Assembly: GCA_963923455.1 (NCBI GenBank)
Contig: CAWULT010000001.1
Coordinates: 65,677-129,676 of the forward strand
Direction: 5' to 3'
Length of the DNA: 64,000 nt
Source of the DNA: an uncultured bacterium
Lineage (GTDB): Bacteria; Acidobacteriota; Vicinamibacteria; Vicinamibacterales; UBA2999
Position 1 is the stretch's first letter; every line of letters begins with the position of its first letter. Made by a program: the position numbers and the translations under genes. Below, one piece after another: positions 8,559-17,540 of this stretch. Below the pieces are notes generated by a model. That model saw nothing but the letters and a program-made list of their open reading frames with translations, did no database searches and had not been told where the DNA came from.

Positions 8559-10375
8559 GTGCGAACGGGCACGACGAGGAGGTCGTCGGCAAGGCGTACG
8601 ACGCGCGGCTGATGCGCCGCCTGCTCGGGTACCTGCGCCCGTACCGGTGGCAGGTCGCCGGTGCCGTGGCGGCCATCGTCGCCAACTCGGCGCTGCAGCT
8701 GGTGCCGCCGTTCCTCGCGAAGACGGTGATCGACGGCTACATCCCGGCGCGCGACCTGTCGGGGCTCGGCACGATCGCGGCCCTCTACCTGGCGACGCTG
8801 CTCGGTTCGTTCGCCCTGGAGTCCATCCAGACGTGGACGATGCAGATGATCGGCCAGCGGGTGATGTTCGACCTGAGGATGGCCGTCTTCCGCCACCTGC
8901 AGCGCCTCGACCTCCGGTTCTACGACCGGAACCCCGTCGGGCGCCTGATGACCCGCGTGACGTCCGACGTGGACGTGCTCAACGAGCTCTTCACCGCCGG
9001 CGTCGTCTCGATCTTCGGAGACGTGTTCACGCTGGTCGGCATCATGGGCGCCCTGGTGTGGATGGACTGGCGGCTGGCGCTCGTCGCGTTCTCGGTCCTG
9101 CCGCTCGTCGGGTTCGTGACGCAGTGGTTCCGGACGCACGTCCGCGAGTCGTACCGCCAGGTCCGAAGCTGGATCGCGCGGATCAACGCCTTCCTGCAGG
9201 AGCGCATCACGGGCGTCGCCACGGTGCAGCTCTACCGGCGCGAGGCGCGGGACTACGCCGAGTTCGACCGGATCAACGCCGCGCATCGCGACGCGAACCT
9301 CGACTCGGTCTTCTACTACGCGGTGTTCTATCCGGCGGTGGAACTGGTCAGCGCACTCGCGGCGTCGCTGCTGATCTGGGTCGGCGGCGGCTGGGCGCTC
9401 GACGGGTCGCTGACCCTCGGCGCGCTCGTGGCCTTCCTGCAGTATTCGCAGCGCTTCTTCCGGCCGATCAGCGACCTGTCCGAGAAGTTCAACGTGCTGC
9501 AGGGCGCCATGGCCTCGTCGGAGCGGATCTTCGGCCTGCTCGACACGCCGGTCGCCATCGCGTCGCCGCCGCAGCCGAAGCCGTTCACGCCAGGCGCGAT
9601 CCGTTTCGAGCACGTCGGCTTCTCGTACGTGCCGGGCGAGCCGGTGCTCGCGGACGTGTCGTTCGAGGTGCGCCCGGGGCAGCGGGTGGGCATCGTGGGC
9701 GCGACCGGGTCGGGCAAGTCGACGCTGGTGAACCTGCTGCTGCGGTTCTACGACGTGCAGGAGGGCCGGATCACGATCGGTGGAACAGACATTCGGGAGC
9801 TCGACCTCGCGGATCTGCGCGCGCAGTTCGGGCTGGTGCTGCAGGACGTGCATCTCTTCTCGGGCACCATCGCCGGCAACGTCCGCCTCGGCAACGAGGC
9901 GATGACCGACGCGGCGGTGCAGGCCGCCGTCGATGCGGTGCACGCCGGCGCGTTCATCCGCCGGCTGCCGGACGGTCTGGAGACCGCGGTGGCCGAGCGG
10001 GGGAGCACGTTGTCGGTCGGGCAGAAACAGCTGCTGTCGTTCGCGCGGGCCCTGGCGTCGGATCCGGCCGTGTTGATCCTCGACGAGGCGACGTCGAGCG
10101 TCGACACGGAGACCGAGGTGCTGATCAGGGAGGCGCTGCGGGTGCTGATGCGTGGCCGGACGACGATCGCGATCGCGCACCGGCTGTCGACCATCCAGGA
10201 CATGGACCTCATCCTGGTGCTCCATCGCGGCGAGCTCCGCGAGGTCGGCACGCACCAGGAACTGCTGGCGCGCCGCGGCATCTATCGCCGGCTGTACGAG
10301 CTTCAGTTCGCCGGCAGGGGGGCCGCGGAGGCCGTCTCACCGGTCGCGACGGCCTCGCCCGAAGGCGTGGCCTGA
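8555..10375 (+). CDS. ABC exporter permease/ATPase, heterodimer subunit B (MdlB/YheH-like)
   Basis: ATGA overlap with the upstream gene; GATGSGKS, degenerate signature LSVGQKQ, ILDEATS, IAHRLS. Confidence 0.92.
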   Translation: MSANGHDEEVVGKAYDARLMRRLLGYLRPYRWQVAGAVAAIVANSALQLVPPFLAKTVIDGYIPARDLSGLGTIAALYLATLLGSFALESIQTWTMQMIGQRVMFDLRMAVFRHLQRLDLRFYDRNPVGRLMTRVTSDVDVLNELFTAGVVSIFGDVFTLVGIMGALVWMDWRLALVAFSVLPLVGFVTQWFRTHVRESYRQVRSWIARINAFLQERITGVATVQLYRREARDYAEFDRINAAHRDANLDSVFYYAVFYPAVELVSALAASLLIWVGGGWALDGSLTLGALVAFLQYSQRFFRPISDLSEKFNVLQGAMASSERIFGLLDTPVAIASPPQPKPFTPGAIRFEHVGFSYVPGEPVLADVSFEVRPGQRVGIVGATGSGKSTLVNLLLRFYDVQEGRITIGGTDIRELDLADLRAQFGLVLQDVHLFSGTIAGNVRLGNEAMTDAAVQAAVDAVHAGAFIRRLPDGLETAVAERGSTLSVGQKQLLSFARALASDPAVLILDEATSSVDTETEVLIREALRVLMRGRTTIAIAHRLSTIQDMDLILVLHRGELREVGTHQELLARRGIYRRLYELQFAGRGAAEAVSPVATASPEGVA

Positions 10376-10983
10376 CCGCCGGGCTCCACGCCGGGGACGG
10401 GCGCGTCCGGGTCCGGCATCTCCTCGCCCACCGGGCCGAGGCTCGCGGGAGGGGGCGGCTCCGGAGGGGGAATCGTCCGGCGTGTCAGTCGGCCGCGGAA
10501 GATGCGGTCGATCAGGCCGGGGGAGCTGGCGCGCGGATCCCACCCAAGGCGCAGCACCGTGACCTGCACGTTCTTGCGCCCGAAGCTGAGCGCCTCCTTG
10601 CAGCTCCACATGTAGAGGTCGAGGTGGCTGCCCTGGACGGCCGGGCCGGTGTCCATCACGGTGTAGACGCCGTTGTACTTGGTGTCGCCGGTCGCGACGT
10701 TGAGGACGGTGCCGACCGGCAGCAGGGTCGGGTCCGCGGCGGCAACGCCCGTGCGCGCGACGACCCCGGAGGCCGTGGTGGTGCCCTTGCAGTAGGCGGT
10801 GGCGCTGAAGGGGAGCACGGCCCCAGGAGCGGGCTTGAGCGCGCCCTCGGTCGTCAGCATCGCCTGCCAGGCGGCGTAGCCGGAGTCGAGCATCCGCGTC
10901 TCGTAGATGAGCACGAAGCCCATCACCGCGACGACGAGCGCGACGATCTTCAGCCCGAGCGACTGCGACAGCAGCGGGTTCAT
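10303..10983 (-). CDS. 3D-domain (Asp-Asp-Asp) cell-wall protein with N-terminal membrane anchor
   Basis: ATAYC...AAADP...LPVGT...VMDTG...HLDLY; Pro-rich tail. Confidence 0.85.
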   Translation of the reverse strand: MNPLLSQSLGLKIVALVVAVMGFVLIYETRMLDSGYAAWQAMLTTEGALKPAPGAVLPFSATAYCKGTTTASGVVARTGVAAADPTLLPVGTVLNVATGDTKYNGVYTVMDTGPAVQGSHLDLYMWSCKEALSFGRKNVQVTVLRLGWDPRASSPGLIDRIFRGRLTRRTIPPPEPPPPASLGPVGEEMPDPDAPVPGVEPGGQATPSGEAVATGETASAAPLPAN

Positions 10984-12008
10984 CAGCGGAAATGCTCGAA
11001 CCCGGGTGGCACCGCGCGAGAGCCCTGGGGGCTCCGGACGCGCAGTTCCGGACTCCGGGTGACGACGCCGATCCGGGTTATCGGCAGATCGCCCATGTGC
11101 CGTCGCGCCGACCGCAGACGTCCTCGCTGGCGTGGACGAACCGTGAAGATCAGCTCGTAGTCGTCGCCGCCCATCAAGGCAGTATCCACCGGATCGCCGC
11201 CGTGGCGCTCGTGCCAGCGCCGAACCTCATCCGTGATGGGCAGGGCCTCCGCATCGAGCGTGATGCCGACGCCTGACGCCGCGGCAATCTGGCGGACGCC
11301 GTCGGCGAGGCCATCGCTGAGGTCCATGGCGCTCGAGGCCGCGCCGTTCAGCGCGAGCTGCAGCCCGGCGCGGACGCGCGGCGTGGGCCGCAGGTACCGC
11401 GCCTCGCAGGCGGCCGAACCGGCGGGGACGTCGGTGGGCGGAGCCGTGGGATCGGCCAGCCGCGCCTGGAGGGCGCGCAGGCCGACCGCGGCGTCGCCGA
11501 GCGTCCCCGTCACATAGACGTCGTCACCGGGGCGCGCGCCGGCCCGCCGCAGCACCCGCCGGCGTCGGACGCTGCCGATGGCCGTCACGTCGACCATCAG
11601 CGGCCCTGGCGTTCGCGTGATGTTGCCGCCGATGAGTGCCACGCGGTGCGCCGCCGCGACGTCGAGCAGCCCGGCGACCACGCCGTCGAGGACGTCGAGA
11701 GGCAGGAGCGCTGGCAGCGCCAGCGACAGCAGGGCCGCGCGCGGGTGTGCCCCCATGGCGGCCAGGTCGCTCAGGTTGACCGCCAGGGCCCGGTGACCGA
11801 CGTCGTAGCCCGTCATCAGGCGCAGGTCGAAGTGCACGCCGTCGACCAGTGCGTCGGTCGTATAGACGTCGAGTTCTCCCCGCGGGGGCTCGATGACGGC
11901 CGCGTCGTCGCCAGGGCCGACGACCACCCACGACGGCTGCGACAGTCGCGTGGTGATCCGCGCGATCAGCTCGTGCTCGCCGACGTCGCTGACGGTGACT
12001 GGTGGCAC
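10983..12008 (-). CDS. thiL: Thiamine-monophosphate kinase
   Basis: GEHELI, GPGDDAA, VNLSDLAAMG, GGNIT, MDLSDGL, GGDDYEL, GFEHF. Confidence 0.95.
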   Translation of the reverse strand: MPPVTVSDVGEHELIARITTRLSQPSWVVVGPGDDAAVIEPPRGELDVYTTDALVDGVHFDLRLMTGYDVGHRALAVNLSDLAAMGAHPRAALLSLALPALLPLDVLDGVVAGLLDVAAAHRVALIGGNITRTPGPLMVDVTAIGSVRRRRVLRRAGARPGDDVYVTGTLGDAAVGLRALQARLADPTAPPTDVPAGSAACEARYLRPTPRVRAGLQLALNGAASSAMDLSDGLADGVRQIAAASGVGITLDAEALPITDEVRRWHERHGGDPVDTALMGGDDYELIFTVRPRQRGRLRSARRHMGDLPITRIGVVTRSPELRVRSPQGSRAVPPGFEHFR

Positions 12009-12046
12009 GGGTCTGTTCTGGTGTCTCAGGCGGGACCGGCGAGAAG

Positions 12047-12230
12047 TGCCCCGCTTTGCCGTGTGGGGAGGTCGTTAGAACCTGCGGTTAGCAGGTGGAG
12101 CCGCTGTTGAAAGTCGCGCTTCAGGCTTCCTCGGAACAGAGGCATGCACAACACGCGACCTCGCGACTCGCTTGGATGGTACATTGGCTCTGACGAGCCT
12201 CCGAAAACCATCACGAGCAAAGCAGGAGCG
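12047..12230 (-). ncRNA. ssrS: 6S RNA
   Basis: About 185 nt immediately downstream of zapA (established synteny); terminal pairing CCTGCTTTGC/GCAAAGCGGG; central AGCCAATGTACCAT bubble; -10 TAGAAT at 12237-12242. Confidence 0.88.
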
Positions 12231-12275
12231 AAACCGATTCTAACGTACTGCCCGGCGGAGGGCGAGGCCCGGGTT

Positions 12276-12596
12276 CTAGGCGCCGAGGGTGCCGGCGCTC
12301 GAGGCCTGCAGGGAACCGAGAGCGTCATCGACGAGACGCTCGAGGCGGAGGGCCCGCTCGTTGAGTTCGCCGCTCGTCGACGACTGCTGCTGGCGGGCAC
12401 GAAAGCACTCGTCCGCGATGTTCATCGCGACGAGGACCGCCAGCCCGAGCATGTCGCTGGCGGGCACGGCATCGGCCGCGGCCCGCATCTTCTGGTCCAC
12501 GTAGGCCGCCAGTTCGGCCACGTAGGACGCGTCGAGGTTGCTGCGGATCGGATACCGCTGCCCGGCGATCTCGACGCTGACGATGCTCTGGCTCAT
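12276..12596 (-). CDS. zapA: Cell division protein ZapA
   Basis: VEIAGQRYPIRS...LAAYVDQKMR...LAVLVAMNIADE. Confidence 0.92.
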   Translation of the reverse strand: MSQSIVSVEIAGQRYPIRSNLDASYVAELAAYVDQKMRAAADAVPASDMLGLAVLVAMNIADECFRARQQQSSTSGELNERALRLERLVDDALGSLQASSAGTLGA

Positions 12597-12601
12597 CCCT
12601 G

Positions 12602-12883
12602 TTACAGGCTCAGGCCTTCGAGCTGCTGCAGCATGTCGGCCACGCGGGTGCGGATCTGGTCGCGCTCGTCGCGCAGGGCGGAGAGCTCGGTGCCGGTGTG
12701 CTCTGCGTCGACCAGGCGCGCCCGCAGCGACGTCAGTTCAGCCGACAGGCGCGCGTTCTCGTCCGCGGCCTTCTGCTGATCCTCGCGCAGCTGCGTCACC
12801 AACCCCACGAGCAACTTCACCTTGTCTTCGAGCCGGTCGATCGGATCGACGTCCATCGTACGCGCGAGCGCTTGCTTCACCAT
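12602..12883 (-). CDS. zapB: ZapB-like coiled-coil protein
   Basis: Heptad coiled coil LEDKVKLLV...IRTRVADMLQQL between pheT and zapA. Confidence 0.7.
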   Translation of the reverse strand: MVKQALARTMDVDPIDRLEDKVKLLVGLVTQLREDQQKAADENARLSAELTSLRARLVDAEHTGTELSALRDERDQIRTRVADMLQQLEGLSL

Positions 12884-12967
12884 CCGCGGTCAACCTCGTC
12901 GTGAGAATGTGTGCGGAATGGTGACACGAACGACGCGGACAGGCAAGACGGAAGCCCGCGTCGCAGG

Positions 12968-15025
12968 TCAGCGCTGCACGGCGCGGTGGGTCGAGACGAG
13001 TGCGGCCAGCACGGCATCGGTCGCAGCCTGGACCTCGGCGTCGGTGAGCGTCCGCTCCGGAGACCTGAAGGTCAGCCGAATCGAGACGCTGACCTTGCCG
13101 TCGGGGACGCCCTTCCCCTGGTAGCGGTCGAACTCGCGCACCGACTGGAGCGTCGCCGGGGCCACCGCGAGCGCCGTCTGGCGCAGCGCGGCGACAGGCA
13201 GGGTGTCGTCGACGAGCAGCGACAGGTCCCGCGCGACCGACGGGAAGCGGGGCAGGGGTTCCATCCGGACGTCCCCGGCTCTCGCGCAGGTCTCGGCCGC
13301 GTCGAGATCGAGCTCGGCGACGTAGACCGCGTCGTGGGCCGGCAGGCCATACTGGTCGGCGAGCGCCGGAGCGAGCTGGCCGAGCACGCCCAGGCGGGTC
13401 GTGCCGGCGAGGACCGCCCCTGCGCGGCCCGGCGCGAGCCACGCCTCGTGGTGTGGCGCCACGCTGATGTCGACGCGGACCGTCTGGCAGATCCGCTCGA
13501 CGATGGCCTTGATGTCGAAGAAGTCGACGTCGCCGCCCGTGCCGCTCCAGTGAGCGACCGAGGACGCGCCCGTCCACGCGCAGGCGACGCGGCGGCGTTC
13601 GCCCGCGGCGCGGGTGAACGCGTTGCCCACCTCGAAGAGGCGCACATCGCGCTGCTCGCGGCGGCGGTTGTGCGCCACGGCGGCCAGCAGGCCTGGGAGC
13701 ACGGAAGGCCGCAGCACCGCGAAGGTCTCGGACAGCGGGTTCGCAATGGGCACGATGTCGTCCGCGGCGGCGAACGGCGCGGCGGCCGTCGCCGAGACGA
13801 AGCCGAACGTCATCGTCTCGAAGAAGCCGGCGCCGGTCAGCACCGATCGGAGCTGGCGGGCGCGTGAGATGCGCGGATCGATGGGTGCGGGCGGCGTGGT
13901 GAGCGCCGGAAAGGACACGGGCACCCGGTCGAATCCATGGTGCCGCGCCACCTCCTCGACGAGATCCACTTCACGGAGCACGTCGACGCGGCGTGTCGGT
14001 ACCGCGACGTCCCAGCCGTCGGCCGTGGGACGCAGGCCGAAGCCGAGGGCTCCCAGCAGGCGGGTGACGTCGGCGTCCGGGATCGCGAGGCCGATGAGGG
14101 CGGCGAGCCGCTCCCGACGCAGGCGCAGCGACCGCGGCGCGGCGGGAGCCGGATGACGGTCGATGATCGCGCCTCGGGCCGTGCCGGTACCGGTGGCGGC
14201 GAGCAGCGCGCAGGCTCGCGCCATCGCCGTCGCCGCGGCCTCGGGGTCGGCGCCGCGCTCGAAACGCATGCTCGCCTCGGTCTTCAGGCCGAGCCTCCTG
14301 CTGGTGCGGCGCACCGACAGCGGGTCGAAGCAGGCACTCTCGAGCGCGATCGTGACGGTGCCGTCGTGCACCTCGGAGTCGGCGCCGCCCATCACGCCGG
14401 CGACGGCGCACGCGCGCTGCGCGTCGGCGATCACGAGCATCTCGGGCGTGAGCGTGCGCGTCTGGCCGTCGAGGGTCTTCAGCGTTTCGCCCGCGTGGGC
14501 GGGACGCACGCGGATCTCCGCACCGGCCAGCGTCGAGAGGTCGAACGCGTGCATCGGGTGGCCCAGTTCGAGGAGCACGTAGTTCGTGATGTCGACGACG
14601 TTGCTGATCGGCCGCACGCCGGCGGCGCGCAGCCGCGCCTGCATCCACTCGGGTGAAGGGCCGACGGCGACGTCGGCGACGGCCGCAGTGTAGCGGGGGC
14701 AGAGCTCCGGCGCCTCGATCACGACGTCGACTTCGGCCCGCGCGACCGGGCTGAGGGGGGCCAATGCGAGGCGGTCGCCCGGTGGGGCCACCGCGGGGAC
14801 GCGGAGCGGGAGGCCGAAGGCCGTGGCCACCTCGCGCGCCATGCCGAGGACAGACATGCAGTCCGGCCGGTTGGCGGTCACCTCGAAGTCGAGCACGGCG
14901 TCGTCGGCGCCGGCTGCGTCGATTGACTCGACGGCGAAGCCGCGCACCGACATGGTGGCCGCGATCTCGGCCGGGGTGCCGGGGACGTCGACGAACTCAC
15001 GAAGCCAGGAGACGAGCACCTTCAC
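12968..15025 (-). CDS. pheT: Phenylalanine-tRNA ligase beta subunit (short form without the B2 OB domain)
   Basis: VTANRPDCMS, ISNVVDITNYV, RFERG, DLVEEVAR, C-terminal FDX-ACB domain. Confidence 0.96.
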   Translation of the reverse strand: MKVLVSWLREFVDVPGTPAEIAATMSVRGFAVESIDAAGADDAVLDFEVTANRPDCMSVLGMAREVATAFGLPLRVPAVAPPGDRLALAPLSPVARAEVDVVIEAPELCPRYTAAVADVAVGPSPEWMQARLRAAGVRPISNVVDITNYVLLELGHPMHAFDLSTLAGAEIRVRPAHAGETLKTLDGQTRTLTPEMLVIADAQRACAVAGVMGGADSEVHDGTVTIALESACFDPLSVRRTSRRLGLKTEASMRFERGADPEAAATAMARACALLAATGTGTARGAIIDRHPAPAAPRSLRLRRERLAALIGLAIPDADVTRLLGALGFGLRPTADGWDVAVPTRRVDVLREVDLVEEVARHHGFDRVPVSFPALTTPPAPIDPRISRARQLRSVLTGAGFFETMTFGFVSATAAAPFAAADDIVPIANPLSETFAVLRPSVLPGLLAAVAHNRRREQRDVRLFEVGNAFTRAAGERRRVACAWTGASSVAHWSGTGGDVDFFDIKAIVERICQTVRVDISVAPHHEAWLAPGRAGAVLAGTTRLGVLGQLAPALADQYGLPAHDAVYVAELDLDAAETCARAGDVRMEPLPRFPSVARDLSLLVDDTLPVAALRQTALAVAPATLQSVREFDRYQGKGVPDGKVSVSIRLTFRSPERTLTDAEVQAATDAVLAALVSTHRAVQR

Positions 15026-15035
15026 GGCGATGCCC

Positions 15036-16127
15036 TCAGATCGGGAACTGCTCGAGGAAGCGGATGTCGTTCTCGTAGAACAGGCGGATGTCGTCGACGC
15101 CGTACTTCAGCATCGCCACGCGCTCCATGCCCATTCCGAACGCGAAGCCGGAGACCTTGTCGGGATCGTACCCGACGGCTTCGAAGACGGCCGGGTGCAC
15201 CATGCCGCTGCCGAGGATCTCGAGCCAGCCGGTGTGCTTGCAGACGCCGCAGCCCGATCCGCCGCAACTGCGGCAGCTGATGTCGACCTCGGCGGAGGGC
15301 TCGGTGTAGGGGAAGAAGCTCGGGCGCAACCGCACCGTGACGTCGCCGAAGAGCGCGCGCAGCATCGTCTCGAACGTGCCCTTGAGGTCGGACAGCGACA
15401 CGCGTTCACCGACGACGAGCCCCTCGCACTGCTGGAACATCGGCGTGTGCGTCAGGTCCAGGTTGTCACGACGGTACACGCGGCCGGGCACCAGGATGCG
15501 CAGTGGCGGCGCGTAGGTCTTCATGTACCGGATCTGCATCGCGGACGTGTGCGTCCGCAGCAGCGTGGCCGCGCGCACCTGCGATGGCGGCACGGCCCCG
15601 CGGTGTGCGCCCCAGGTGCCGCCGACCGTGGGGACACCGAGGTACAGCGTGTCCTGCATGTCGCGCGCGGGGTGATCCGGCGGCATGTTGAGGGCCTCGA
15701 AGTTGTGGAAGTCGTCCTCGACTTCCGGGCCTTCGAGGATCTCGTAGCCCATGCGCGCGAAGATGTCCTCGACCTGCTGGCGGACCTGCATCAGCGGATG
15801 CACCCGGCCGATGGCGCGGTCGCGCGCCGCGAGGGTGACGTCCACCGCCCCGGCCGGCGGCCGGCTCGACTCGAGCAGCGCGCGGGCGCCGTCGAGTGCG
15901 GTCTCGATCTCGGTCTTCAGCGCGTTGACGGCGGCTCCGAACGCCCGGCGGTCGTCGGCCGGCAGCGAGGAGAGCTGCTTCATCAGCACCGTGACCGCGC
16001 CGGCCTTGCGGCTCAGGAATTCGTCGGTCACGGCCTTGATGTCGGCGTCGGACGACGCGGAGGCCAGCCGCGCGCGAAACCGCTCGCGGACGGCATCGAT
16101 GACGGAAACGTCGATGGGGGAGGACAT
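15036..16127 (-). CDS. pheS: Phenylalanine-tRNA ligase alpha subunit
   Basis: HPARDMQDT, LRTHTS, FFPYTEPS, GFAFGMG. Confidence 0.97.
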   Translation of the reverse strand: MSSPIDVSVIDAVRERFRARLASASSDADIKAVTDEFLSRKAGAVTVLMKQLSSLPADDRRAFGAAVNALKTEIETALDGARALLESSRPPAGAVDVTLAARDRAIGRVHPLMQVRQQVEDIFARMGYEILEGPEVEDDFHNFEALNMPPDHPARDMQDTLYLGVPTVGGTWGAHRGAVPPSQVRAATLLRTHTSAMQIRYMKTYAPPLRILVPGRVYRRDNLDLTHTPMFQQCEGLVVGERVSLSDLKGTFETMLRALFGDVTVRLRPSFFPYTEPSAEVDISCRSCGGSGCGVCKHTGWLEILGSGMVHPAVFEAVGYDPDKVSGFAFGMGMERVAMLKYGVDDIRLFYENDIRFLEQFPI

Positions 16128-16226
16128 CGTGGATCCGGGCTGGCTGGCCGGGGACCGCCCGGCCGGGCTACGCGCCGACGGACGAGGCGTGGTCCGCCTC
16201 GGCGTCGGACGCGAAGCGCGGGCCGA

Positions 16227-16601
16227 TCAGGCCTGCGGCTGGGCGGTGGGAAGGGCGGCCTTCGCCTGCGCGGCCACCTTGGCGAACGCGGCCGCCGACG
16301 CCACGGCCAGGTCGGCCAGGGCCTTGCGGTCGAGCGCGCTGCCCGCCGCCTTCAGGCCGCGGATGAGCTGCGCGTACGTCAAGCCGTTCTCGCGAGCCGC
16401 CGCGTTGATGCGGACGATCCAGAGGCGGCGGAAGTCCCGCTTCTTGTTCTTGCGGCCCACGTAGGCGTACTTGGCCGCCGTGTCGACCGACTCCTTCGCG
16501 GCGCGGTACAGCTTGCTCTTGGTCTGGTAGAAGCCCTTGGCGCGGGCGAGCAGCTTCTTCCGCTTGGCGCGCCGGACTGATCCTCGCTTGACTCTCGGCA
16601 T
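16227..16601 (-). CDS. rplT: 50S ribosomal protein L20
   Basis: MPRVKRG...[17 protein letters not shown]. Confidence 0.97.
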   Translation of the reverse strand: MPRVKRGSVRRAKRKKLLARAKGFYQTKSKLYRAAKESVDTAAKYAYVGRKNKKRDFRRLWIVRINAAARENGLTYAQLIRGLKAAGSALDRKALADLAVASAAAFAKVAAQAKAALPTAQPQA

Positions 16602-16681
16602 TTCGTTCCTCGGGCCGGCTCGAGCCGGCCGTTACTCGTCAACTCTTCGTCGCGACAGGTCGCGGGTGCCCTGACGGACCC

Positions 16682-16879
16682 TTACTTGTAGGGCAGCATC
16701 AGACGCAGCTTCGCCGCGTCGACGTCGGCCACCGCCTTGGGTCCGCGCATGTGGCGCTTCACCTTGGTCGACTTGCTCGTCAGGATGTGGCGCTTGAACG
16801 CGCTCGCCCGCTTGAACTGGCCCGTGGCGGTCTTCTTGAAGCGCTTGGCGGCGCCTCGGTGCGTCTTCAGTTTCGGCAT
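16682..16879 (-). CDS. rpmI: 50S ribosomal protein L35
   Basis: [20 protein letters not shown]. Confidence 0.97.
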   Translation of the reverse strand: MPKLKTHRGAAKRFKKTATGQFKRASAFKRHILTSKSTKVKRHMRGPKAVADVDAAKLRLMLPYK

Positions 16880-16902
16880 AACCTCGATCCCGTCTCCTAA
16901 CC

Positions 16903-17514
16903 TTACGCTTCGTCGCTCGCGGCCGGTTCCGCTCCGGCCGCCGGTTCCTGGGGCTTCGCGGTCTTCGGGGCGTTCTTGCGCCCCGCGCGCTGCGCCAGGA
17001 TCACGTGCATCTGGTTGCCTTCCTGCCTCGGCGTCGTCTCCGGAATCGCCACCTCGGCCAGCTCCGTCATCAGGCGTTCGAGGATGCGCCGCCCGATCTC
17101 GGGGTGCGCCATCTCGCGGCCACGGAAGAAGATCGTTGCCTTCACCTTGTCGCCATCAGCCAGGAAGCGCTCGATGTGGTGCTTCTTGAACTGATAGTCG
17201 TGTTCGTCCACCTTCGGCCGGAACTTGATTTCCTTGACCAGGATCACGCGCTGGTTCTTCTTCGACTCGCGGGCGCGCTTCTGCTCCTGGTACTGGTACT
17301 TGCCGAAGTCCATGATCCGGCAGACCGGTGGCACCGCCGTGGGAGAGATCTCGACCAGGTCGAGGCCCTTCTGACGCGCGATGGCCAACGCCTGCGGCGG
17401 TGGCATGATCCCCAGCTGCTGTCCGGTGTCGTCGATGACCCGGATCTCACGGACCCGGATGCGTTCGTTGGTGCGGACGCGGTCATCCCGTCGGGGCGAA
17501 CGATCGAAGGCGAT
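16903..17514 (-). CDS. infC: Translation initiation factor IF-3, non-canonical ATC start
   Basis: The conserved N-domain ([15 protein letters not shown]) lies upstream of the first ATG (17406); in-frame ATC at 17514 follows GAGGAGGAG. Confidence 0.93.
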   Translation of the reverse strand: MAFDRSPRRDDRVRTNERIRVREIRVIDDTGQQLGIMPPPQALAIARQKGLDLVEISPTAVPPVCRIMDFGKYQYQEQKRARESKKNQRVILVKEIKFRPKVDEHDYQFKKHHIERFLADGDKVKATIFFRGREMAHPEIGRRILERLMTELAEVAIPETTPRQEGNQMHVILAQRAGRKNAPKTAKPQEPAAGAEPAASDEA

Positions 17515-17540
17515 AACTCCTCCTCGGCTCTGGGCTCACG

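Noticed and set aside
12026-12400. 124-aa and 211-aa ORFs across the zapA-thiL gap
   Set aside because: Region explained by 6S RNA and zapA.
16128-16226. Possible T-box or pheM-type attenuator upstream of pheS
   Set aside because: Only about 100 nt, with no T-box consensus and no Phe-rich leader peptide.
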